The notes beneath the pieces are model-generated. The model was not told where the DNA came from. It searched no databases and saw nothing but the letters and a program-made list of their open reading frames with translations. A stretch of 33,208 nucleotides of DNA, from positions 1 to 33,208 of IMG/VR virus record IMGVR_UViG_3300032226_000397; one strand, written 5' to 3'. Shown one piece after another: positions 26,801 to 33,208 of this stretch. Numbering within the stretch: position 1 is the first letter of the stretch; each line of letters starts with the position of its first letter. A program made the translations under genes and the position numbers. Origin of the DNA: a virus. Taxonomy: Duplodnaviria > Caudoviricetes.

Positions 26801-29073
26801 CTGATAAAGGTATAAAGATACCTAGCAACTTTAGTCCAGAAGTTATAAAAGGTCTTAGAGAAAACCTAAAAACTGATGCACAAGCATGGCTAGTTGGTAG
26901 ACAGGGCAAGAAAGTAACTGGTGGCGGTGTTACTGGTAGTGGCAGTGGAGAAACAAAAGCAAGAGAAGCCACTCCATTTGATAGCATACTTCAAGACCTT
27001 AAGCGCACAAGAGATGCTTCAATAGATGCTCTGGGTGGTGCAAAAGAACTTATGCGTATTCTTAGTGGTAAAAAAGATCTAAAATTATTTAGTGGAATAG
27101 ATCAGCAACTATCTAAAATTGGTGCTAACTCTGACTTTATTGATTTTGTTGGTGGATTAGAAAATGCTGTCAAAGAAAAAATTATTAAGATTAACAAACA
27201 AGGTGTTGTATCTTTTGGAGAATTTGGTGAGGCTGCTAAAAAAGCCTATGATGAAAAACAACTTGGATCATTTAGCGCAAAATCAGCACAAGCCATAACA
27301 GAATTAAAAAAGCAGCAAACAGGTTTTGTTGCACTAAAGTCTGCTGGAGCAAGTTCCTCTGATGCATTAGAAATGGTTTCAGATGCAAACTTTGCAATTG
27401 CTTTAAGTGCAGCAAAAACATCAGGAGAAATTCAGGTATTAATTAATCAATTTAAAGCATTAAAACAAGAAACACAGACTACCCTTGCCTCTATAGATCC
27501 ACAACAATACTTTAATGATCAAATGGCTGTCGCAGAAAGACAATTTAATAATCAAGAAGCAATGGCAAAAAGAACTTATGAACCACAGATTGAAGCACTA
27601 CAACTAACAATTGATGCTACAAATAGATTAATTGATGCTGAGCAAAATAGAATTAAATTAGATTATGATAAACCAATTGAGTCAAAGCAAAAAGAAATAT
27701 CTGTATTACAAAATGAAATTTCAATGGGAGTTCAAAAACAACTTGATGAAAACTCAAAAATATCTGCCTCTCTATCTGAAGACCAAGCAGTTATTGGTAA
27801 CATTGTTGATCAAATAAATAATAAGTATGACTTGCAAGAAAAAGCACTTACAAAAATTTCAAACATTAATCAAGATATTATTGAACAGCAAAAGGATCAA
27901 ATTGGACTTGCTGATGCACTAACAAAGGGAGATATCTCTGCTGCAGCCCAGGCTGCTGAAGACATGAAGCAAAGGTCTGCTGCTGCTGTTGCATCTAAAG
28001 CACAAGAGATGCTTGATCAAAGAAGACAAGCAGACATTGCAGCAGTTGTAGGACCAAGTGGTTTAACAGCAGAACAAATATCAAAGAGGCAGTATGATAT
28101 TGATCGTCGTAATTATAGCCTTCAGGTTCAAAGAGAAGCAGTAGAAACTAAAATTCAAAGAATTGAAGAAGACATTTATAAACTTCAAGTTGATAGAGAC
28201 AAGGCTTTAACAAGTATTGCAGTTAAAGAAGAAGCAATATATAAAATTAATGTAAACCAAATTCAGCCACTAAGAGATAAACTAAGGGCCGAACTTGATA
28301 CAATTGATGCACAGCGTACAAAGTGGACAGATGCACAACTTGCAATTGAAGGTGCAAACATAAGAACAAAAGAGTTTCAGGATAAACTAATTGCTGCCGA
28401 AGGACTAATTAAATCAGTAGGTAGTCTATGGAAAGACATTACAGACAAAAATCTTAAATTAACAATTCAAACAATTGAAGAAGTTATTAAGCAACAAGCA
28501 TCTTCTCAAACAGCATCCGAAAAAACAGCAGCAGAAAAAATAACAACTGTAACTGAAACTTATGATCCACGCTCAGGTAATACCCCTGATTATAAAGCAC
28601 CATCCAACTTTACTTATGGACAAAACACAGCCCCAGCCTTTAAAGAGCAATCAACTCAAGAAGCACTAGACACCGCAGCAGAAGCAAGAACAGCAGCCTC
28701 ATTTAGTGCTGCTGCTGCAGCAGGTAAAAGTCCATTAATGGCTAGCAAACTTAGAATAATGGAAATGCTCGGACTCGCTTCTGGCGGAATGGTTCCAAAA
28801 TATTTTGCTGCTGGAGGCCTATCTCGTGGCACTGATACAATTCCTGCTATGTTAACTCCAGGAGAATTTGTTATTAATAAAAATGCAGCAAATTCAATTG
28901 GCACTAATAATCTTAATAAACTTAATAACGGTCAGTCTATGGGCAACTCAGTGTATAATTATAGTGTAGGAATTAATGTTTCAAACTCTAATGCAAATTC
29001 TGAAGACATTGCAAGAGCAGTTATTGGACAAATTAAATACATTGATTCACAAAGAATTCGGGGACAAAGATAA
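20812..29073 (+). CDS. Tail tape measure protein (2753 aa) with an internal cargo region including a kinase-like domain
   Basis: Very long, Ala-rich and helical; TP901-type tape-measure core (about aa 190-490, e.g. AGPVVKQLGG, EGANALKS); hydrophobic segments; C-terminal coiled coil; AAGG...GTDTIPAMLTPGEFVI motif; follows the tube and chaperone genes. Confidence 0.93.
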   Translation: MSDVNANIGVHIDTSSALTELKNLQRQLANFHASIAKTSSAAAAAQRGLQTNLLNSINATGKFTATMGNVRSSTESFTHALESNKLSMREYFRYAGGASKSFGKLFRQEFDTIGKVAEDRVKKMQTQYIKMGRDANGAIKAMAITPTTLNMQDYGTKTAIAAQKQALFNQLMKQGSTNLLNFGKNTQWAGRQLMVGFTIPLAMLGTTAAKTFMDLEAQAIKFKRVYGDMFTTSDETNKALEDVQKLAEGFTKYGVAVTKTMEMAASAAAMGKTGADLTAQVAEATRLAVLGGVEQEQALETTISLTNAFGIAAEDLASKIDFLNSVENQTIVSIEDLTIAIPKAGPVVKQLGGDVQDLAFFLTAMKEGGINASEGANALKSGLAPLINPSEKASKFLASLGVNIKGIVEGNQGDIRGTVIAFSQALDTLDPLNRARAIEQLFGKFQFSRLSTLFQNVTKDGTQAAKVLELAGASVEQLAILSERELKTVENAIGTQFKSAVEELRLAIAPIGKTFLQAVTPIVEVIGNLLEKFNGLSDGTKKFIVVATTIVGGIGPILLMTFGLLANGIANIVKLFLALRGGFLRLGGNSKILAEQTSYLNTEQLESATVAASLNQAHTRLTQSFTAEASAVKALRAAYVDATIAASNFARANPGMMMPVRGKAPKKFAQGTTGLPGPRGAGDIIPILGAPGEAIIPANVAQDDRFKPIISAMVNGTLQGFESGTENLKKKSTRMSSPTQKSHVGTGKEVPISEILQSPNLTDLNKKKLEAFQQILKANGLPATTTVHHSLMYEFNKDFNRAMAGSGIPTADFLAEWDKLGTTKWSASGISQFDARTVDNLMSDIIKEEKPAKITDDYVEKIFAKTIPEKYPEVANSTTYRRMAALHQNLEDFRLGKGLKGTVAETTAVLEKAKAAGAIKDFSVLPTKDNDLDTKGRLITGTINVTDNNGNSIALGRGSSGDRITTSRQVVNAQIEAIKQEKNKKGGKSLFDREAEIKKIALETNKSPLKNEIPEKYVRQVEKTTGFSFTAAPGIGGVYEKSDGSRVFVKPAMDYKSAIAEQRAIQIARSQGLDTPSQTIKTMIDPTDVQGKRKLIILESPFDDRFNPAKMQNTFSKDEYFKQLVASSLRGDSDLKRGNLSGNILADVGAAGVFDTASGTRDYSKNMRSMEEQARINLGGEKGGQKFFRETTANIPQSMTADEYHNRVIQEIDRTLPKLQQTIAGFDLDPNERKVYQAMIDRLKAGKNVDWRQFHKLHSSVLVAKDESFQDKKTGKVTKIKGEPKPSGVKPSSGKLVDNTLTTIPKGKRVVKTPTKRVGKFIVPGLANAPEATGISVDSASQSVRLKRAQVIAATEGISLNAGKKKAAAEEKYANSLDKSSKVINESTKNFTNFSNKANLGIGAVTGLTVAASFAEGKIGEMAQKIMPFVFGIQGITMLLPLLANPWVAFIAAVAVVGGAMWKMAKDVEDARKEGVNLAKAMNMTSEKLQDLSVLTGTVSASEEANRKRQGVLTGEDAVQRKFGQNILGSEFGKSLIADIEKQAKSGQGIKEIGRNISNSLAYAVVQGVITTNQAKSISSALGEELKSYEIPAIISGRLTTLLGPNGENLATDPLKITLAIQEESMTRQADFFKSALEQSISTTTFTNLGQVIGGSIVAAIGGTIAVGTGFTGVGAVTGGAIAAAGGTIVGQGLSDQNKRKEVNAKLGAAALQLGLEQVTMNNGLVDSLNKQYDIKIKMAKTDAEVQKIELERRAALETFNAKNAEALNLLIAQKDAFGPEIFTKGINAAVDSLYKEGPMKVFADEAKKALEGVADADFKAMLQVQFASGSLDPIVITKLANNQELQSQFKLMVETSGSEEANVLMQLLVKSGASDTNLPIFMDLINKDPKNFKKNMEAISILANMQQKYGITININDDGVTQIKEVAAITEKLAGIPEEELSKKLFFELGIVGDLTAEEFDSLWTSLVGTSKTINKSVIIDFVAAGDENVISAYMADKGIKIPSNFSPEVIKGLRENLKTDAQAWLVGRQGKKVTGGGVTGSGSGETKAREATPFDSILQDLKRTRDASIDALGGAKELMRILSGKKDLKLFSGIDQQLSKIGANSDFIDFVGGLENAVKEKIIKINKQGVVSFGEFGEAAKKAYDEKQLGSFSAKSAQAITELKKQQTGFVALKSAGASSSDALEMVSDANFAIALSAAKTSGEIQVLINQFKALKQETQTTLASIDPQQYFNDQMAVAERQFNNQEAMAKRTYEPQIEALQLTIDATNRLIDAEQNRIKLDYDKPIESKQKEISVLQNEISMGVQKQLDENSKISASLSEDQAVIGNIVDQINNKYDLQEKALTKISNINQDIIEQQKDQIGLADALTKGDISAAAQAAEDMKQRSAAAVASKAQEMLDQRRQADIAAVVGPSGLTAEQISKRQYDIDRRNYSLQVQREAVETKIQRIEEDIYKLQVDRDKALTSIAVKEEAIYKINVNQIQPLRDKLRAELDTIDAQRTKWTDAQLAIEGANIRTKEFQDKLIAAEGLIKSVGSLWKDITDKNLKLTIQTIEEVIKQQASSQTASEKTAAEKITTVTETYDPRSGNTPDYKAPSNFTYGQNTAPAFKEQSTQEALDTAAEARTAASFSAAAAAGKSPLMASKLRIMEMLGLASGGMVPKYFAAGGLSRGTDTIPAMLTPGEFVINKNAANSIGTNNLNKLNNGQSMGNSVYNYSVGINVSNSNANSEDIARAVIGQIKYIDSQRIRGQR

Positions 29074-29708
29074 TGGCTACATCAGCCTATATAACAGGCA
29101 GAAAGCGGTATCAGAGGCCACAGGCTATAATCTGGTCCAATAACTCAGGAACCCTCTCTAATGGTTTCTATGTGCCAACAGGGTACGAAATAGGGGCTAC
29201 TGTGCCAGGAGGTACAGATCCAAATCTAGTAGATCAATTTTTAATATTATCAGACCATAATCGTGGGGAATTAAATTTTACAACTGAACGAATAGAGCAG
29301 CGTCAAAGAACAATCAATGGCAGAATGAGGTCTTATCACATTGCTGATAAATTAAATATGTCAGTTTCTTGGACAAACCTTCCATCAAGAGCAAATGCTG
29401 GACCTGCAGAGTTTGACAGTTCTGGTATTTCTGCTTTTCTAAGATCTACTGGAGAATATACAGCAGATGGTGGAGCAGGCGGAGTTGAACTTTTAGACTG
29501 GTACGAAAACCATAAGGGTTCTTTCTGGATGTTTTTATCATATGATAAGTATAGTAATTTTGGCAAAGATGAAGCAGACTACGGAAATCTTAATAAATAT
29601 AATCAAATCGTTGAGGTTTTTATTTCCGATTTTAATTATTCCGTGCAAAAGCGTGGTGGCAATAACCTAGACCTTTGGAATGTTAGCGTAACCTTGGAAG
29701 AAGTATAA
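29073..29708 (+). CDS. Minor tail protein, distal-tail (Dit) position (211 aa)
   Basis: TAATG-coupled to the TMP; ERIEQRQRTINGRMRSY...SVSW...WNVSVTLEEV tube-like fold pattern. Confidence 0.65.
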   Translation: MATSAYITGRKRYQRPQAIIWSNNSGTLSNGFYVPTGYEIGATVPGGTDPNLVDQFLILSDHNRGELNFTTERIEQRQRTINGRMRSYHIADKLNMSVSWTNLPSRANAGPAEFDSSGISAFLRSTGEYTADGGAGGVELLDWYENHKGSFWMFLSYDKYSNFGKDEADYGNLNKYNQIVEVFISDFNYSVQKRGGNNLDLWNVSVTLEEV

Positions 29709-32700
29709 TGTTTGTTAACGAAGCATTAAAAACTCATCTAGAGTCATCTTCTACTGTCCAACTTCAATCACTTGTATTGGCAGAGTGGAATATGAATATG
29801 CCAGATAATTTTTACAAAATAGGTAACTATAGATATAGACCAACAGACAATGAATCAAAATTTAAAACACTTCCAAATACTTTTGATCAATTAGATTCAG
29901 CAGGATATTTTACTGGAGCAACTGATGCAGATGTTGTTATTGATGGTGGCTTTACAAATCTAGGTGTTCCGCAAAAATTTACTTCTATCAAACAAAAAAT
30001 GAATATGATTTATTCTTTAGAAGATTGTTTAAAACCATTTAGACCAAGATCTGGAATTAATAAAACTTTATTTTTTAATAATAAGTTTATTGCTAATAGT
30101 GGAAGTAGTTTGGCAGAACGACCAAGATATTACATGGCATCAAGATATGATCAGTTTAAGTATTGGACTTCCTATAGAACAGAAGAAGGTGTCGAACACG
30201 GCATTGCTAAAAATAAACAAGGAAGTCTTTTTTATATTAATGATGCAGCGCCGTTTGTTGTTTATAAAGAAAAGGTTCCAGCAAACAGACTTATTGTTAA
30301 AATGCAAACAAATGTTGGAACTGCAAACCTTGGACCATTTGCAACTGGAACGACTTCTAAGCCTGATCCTCTATTTGGAAATCAAAATAAAACTACACCA
30401 CTAAGATGGAAGATTCAATATCTAGATAATAATACTTGGATTGATGCTCTTTCATTTAATGAAAACTCTGTTAGAAGTAACGGCAATCCCATTATTGCAG
30501 AAGATGGTTATGTAGAACTTCAGTATGGGCTTAACATTCCAGCAGAGTATAAAGATATTTTTATTTTTGCAGGAACTTTAAGTTCTACTAATCTACTTCC
30601 AGAAACATCAACAAATGGCTATGCTTATCTAGTAGTTGCCAATAATAATACTCGTGGCACTTTTCATATTTGGAGTTCTGCAGAATCAGCATATAAAACT
30701 TTTTCTCCAGTATATAATTGGAAGGTATCAGAAGATATTGTAAACAATGAAACTAATACTATTACTAACTTAACTTCCCCAATTTATTTTAATAGTGAGT
30801 TAGATGGAACCAAGGTTTATAGAGAGTTTCAGTATCTTCGTGGCATAAGAGTTGTTGCTGAAACCATGAACAAGTTTGATTCTACTTTTGATCTAATTGA
30901 AATGTCTCCTAGACTTGTTGCAGATATTTCTGATAAAACCACTGATTTTAAAATAACAAAATCTTTGTCAGATTTAGGAAATACATCTTTACCAGTAGGA
31001 CAATTACTAGCATCTAACGGAACACTAAGTTTGTTTGATGACGATCAAGCCTTTAATGAAAACAATACAAATAGCCTTGTTTCTAAATACAATGGAAGAA
31101 ATATTAAATTTAATTTTTATGAAAAAATTATTAATGTGGAAGGATACGATTATTATGTTCCTATTAAAACTTTGTACTCAGAAGGTTTTCCACAAGCAGA
31201 TGTGACTGGAGCAAGTCTTTCTATTGACCTAAGAGACTTGTTTTTCTTTTTAGAATCAATGCCAGCACCAAGATTACTAACAACTCAAACTTCACTAAGT
31301 TATGCTATTTCTACTCTTCTTGACTTTATAGGTTTTACCAACTATACATTTAAAAGAGTTAGCGGAGAATCCGATCCAATTATTCCATATTTTTTTGTTG
31401 CACCTGATCAAAATGTTGCAGAGGTTTTAAATCAATTAGCAGTAGCAACACAGAGTGCAATGTTTTTTGACGAATACAACAACTTTGTAGTTATGAGTAA
31501 AGACTATATGATGCCAAGTCAGACACAGAGATCAACTGACTTTATTCTTTCTGGATCAAATAATCAAACAGATACAGGAGTAAAAGAAAATATAAGTTCT
31601 GGTAATTTGCCAAACATCTTGTCTATTGCATCAGAAGACAAAAAAATATTTAATGATGGAAAAATTGCTTATACAACAAGATACATTCAAAGATCATATG
31701 GATCAGTTCGCCAAGCAAGCATGGTTGATGAAGAAAAAACATGGATCTATAAACCAGCATTACTTTGGGAAGTTTCTGGGACTGAAGAGTTAAAAACAAT
31801 TAATGAGGTTGCATCGAAGCAGGGTAACTATGTTTTGGGTGCTATGCCAATCAATTCAAATGTTCCAAATACTCCACCAACTGTTGTTAATAATTTACTA
31901 ACTAATAATATTATAGATCTTGGAGAAAATGTTTATTGGCTTACAAGATATTCAGGGCATCTATATTCTAATGGAGAAGTAATTAGATATGATGCTGCTC
32001 AATTTAATATAACTGGAACTGGCAATGTTTGGATTAGCGATAATCAAGAATATCAAAAATATTTTTCTTCTTTACCGTTTAATGGAAAAATTTATCCTAC
32101 AGGATTAATTAGAATATATGCCGAGCCATACTACGAAGTAATTGATGGAATAACAAGAATGAAAAATGGTGCTGTATCTAGCCACGGAAGATCTCAGTTT
32201 GGAACAGCAATTGCATCACACACTGCAGGCATTGATCCTTATTGGTCAAATAATGACAATGTTCGTGGTTGCCTTATGCAGTCTCAATACTTATTTACAG
32301 GTGAGTTAAATCCAACACTTCCATCTACAGTAGTAGGCGCTGCTGGAATTGATAATGCAACTGCTAAAAAAACAACAAGAAGTGGAATTATTAAAAACTT
32401 TTTGTCAACTAAATATTTAACAGAAACAGAAGTTAACAACCTTTCGTCAACTAAATCAGGAACTATTCAGTCTTCCGCACTAATTATGAATGGCCCATCT
32501 TTTAAAACAACGGAAAACCCATTAGATTTAGTTTCATATGTTTATAAACCGTTAAACAGTGCATACAAACATTTTGGTACAAGAATGCGTATTGTAGGAA
32601 AAATTGAAAACAACATTATTAGAACTCAAACTCCAGTAGGCAGTAGTTCCTATTATCAAGTTATTGGGGCACAAGCAGATCAAAACATCAGCATTGGTGG

Positions 32701-33208
32701 AGCCTCTGGCGGACTTGCAGTGATGTTGAATCCAGAAACAAATAACGGATACTATTTTGAGGTAATAGCGTTAACTGAAGATAATCTTGAATCATATTTA
32801 AAACTAGATAGAAATAATACCCCAACTGCATCAGTTAACAATGTTATTTTTTATAAAATTAAAAAAGATTCATCAAATAATAATGCCATTCCTATTAAAC
32901 TTTGGGGAGGCCTTGCAAAAATTTTAGTTGATGACGGAAGATTTACTGGGCAATATAGAATGGCAGCAGAAGAAAATCCAACAGTTTATGATTTATCTGT
33001 TGAGTATCAAGATATTGGAAAAACTAGAAGATTTTATTTATATATTAATAATAAATTGATAAAGGTAATAGATGATGTTGACCCTCTTCCAGTGTACAAC
33101 AACATGGCTTTGTTTACTCGTGGTTCATCAAGACTTATGTTTGAAAATATTTATGCACTATCTGAAAACTATTCTCAAAATACAGTATTTAATGTAGGCA
33201 AACCTTTA
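29708..33208 (+). CDS. Large minor tail/baseplate hub protein, partial (>1167 aa, runs off the window)
   Basis: Absent from the ORF track, consistent with having no stop in the window. ATG at 29708 overlaps the upstream TAA, reads MFVNEALKTHLESSSTVQLQSLVLAEWNMN..., and the same frame is open at the window end (...TVFNVGKPL). Function inferred from position. Confidence 0.75.
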   Translation, partial: MFVNEALKTHLESSSTVQLQSLVLAEWNMNMPDNFYKIGNYRYRPTDNESKFKTLPNTFDQLDSAGYFTGATDADVVIDGGFTNLGVPQKFTSIKQKMNMIYSLEDCLKPFRPRSGINKTLFFNNKFIANSGSSLAERPRYYMASRYDQFKYWTSYRTEEGVEHGIAKNKQGSLFYINDAAPFVVYKEKVPANRLIVKMQTNVGTANLGPFATGTTSKPDPLFGNQNKTTPLRWKIQYLDNNTWIDALSFNENSVRSNGNPIIAEDGYVELQYGLNIPAEYKDIFIFAGTLSSTNLLPETSTNGYAYLVVANNNTRGTFHIWSSAESAYKTFSPVYNWKVSEDIVNNETNTITNLTSPIYFNSELDGTKVYREFQYLRGIRVVAETMNKFDSTFDLIEMSPRLVADISDKTTDFKITKSLSDLGNTSLPVGQLLASNGTLSLFDDDQAFNENNTNSLVSKYNGRNIKFNFYEKIINVEGYDYYVPIKTLYSEGFPQADVTGASLSIDLRDLFFFLESMPAPRLLTTQTSLSYAISTLLDFIGFTNYTFKRVSGESDPIIPYFFVAPDQNVAEVLNQLAVATQSAMFFDEYNNFVVMSKDYMMPSQTQRSTDFILSGSNNQTDTGVKENISSGNLPNILSIASEDKKIFNDGKIAYTTRYIQRSYGSVRQASMVDEEKTWIYKPALLWEVSGTEELKTINEVASKQGNYVLGAMPINSNVPNTPPTVVNNLLTNNIIDLGENVYWLTRYSGHLYSNGEVIRYDAAQFNITGTGNVWISDNQEYQKYFSSLPFNGKIYPTGLIRIYAEPYYEVIDGITRMKNGAVSSHGRSQFGTAIASHTAGIDPYWSNNDNVRGCLMQSQYLFTGELNPTLPSTVVGAAGIDNATAKKTTRSGIIKNFLSTKYLTETEVNNLSSTKSGTIQSSALIMNGPSFKTTENPLDLVSYVYKPLNSAYKHFGTRMRIVGKIENNIIRTQTPVGSSSYYQVIGAQADQNISIGGASGGLAVMLNPETNNGYYFEVIALTEDNLESYLKLDRNNTPTASVNNVIFYKIKKDSSNNNAIPIKLWGGLAKILVDDGRFTGQYRMAAEENPTVYDLSVEYQDIGKTRRFYLYINNKLIKVIDDVDPLPVYNNMALFTRGSSRLMFENIYALSENYSQNTVFNVGKPL

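Noticed and set aside
21124-28904. Minus-strand and alternative-frame ORFs inside the TMP, considered as a possible hidden immunity/antitoxin gene for the kinase
   Set aside because: All are fully nested, compositionally typical of shadow frames, and lack supporting signals.
30090-30404. 104-aa plus-strand ORF from the track
   Set aside because: It is an alternative frame nested inside the long partial gene starting at 29708.

Overview
An AT-rich segment of a large tailed dsDNA phage, probably a siphovirus, with every credible gene on the + strand. The order is: six fibre/appendage-type structural genes (8-5491), an intrinsic terminator, a B12-dependent class II ribonucleotide reductase (5652-7685), a 1202-aa beta-rich structural protein, then portal, prohead protease-scaffold, HK97-type major capsid, head-tail joining genes, major tail protein, two tail assembly chaperone genes, a 2753-aa tape measure protein (TMP), a Dit-position gene, and a large minor tail gene that runs off the right edge (missing from the ORF track). 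No terminase is recognisable in the window. Most notable: (1) the TMP carries an internal cargo region of about 700 aa containing a protein-kinase-like domain with the expected catalytic residues in order, a candidate virion-delivered kinase effector; (2) the long and short tail assembly chaperones appear to be two duplicated genes with separate promoters rather than products of a programmed frameshift; (3) ten TGnTAnnnT extended -10 promoters sit in front of individual genes, several placed for leaderless translation, suggesting (inference) an actinobacterial host. All product calls come from reading motifs and gene order by eye; no database search was run.
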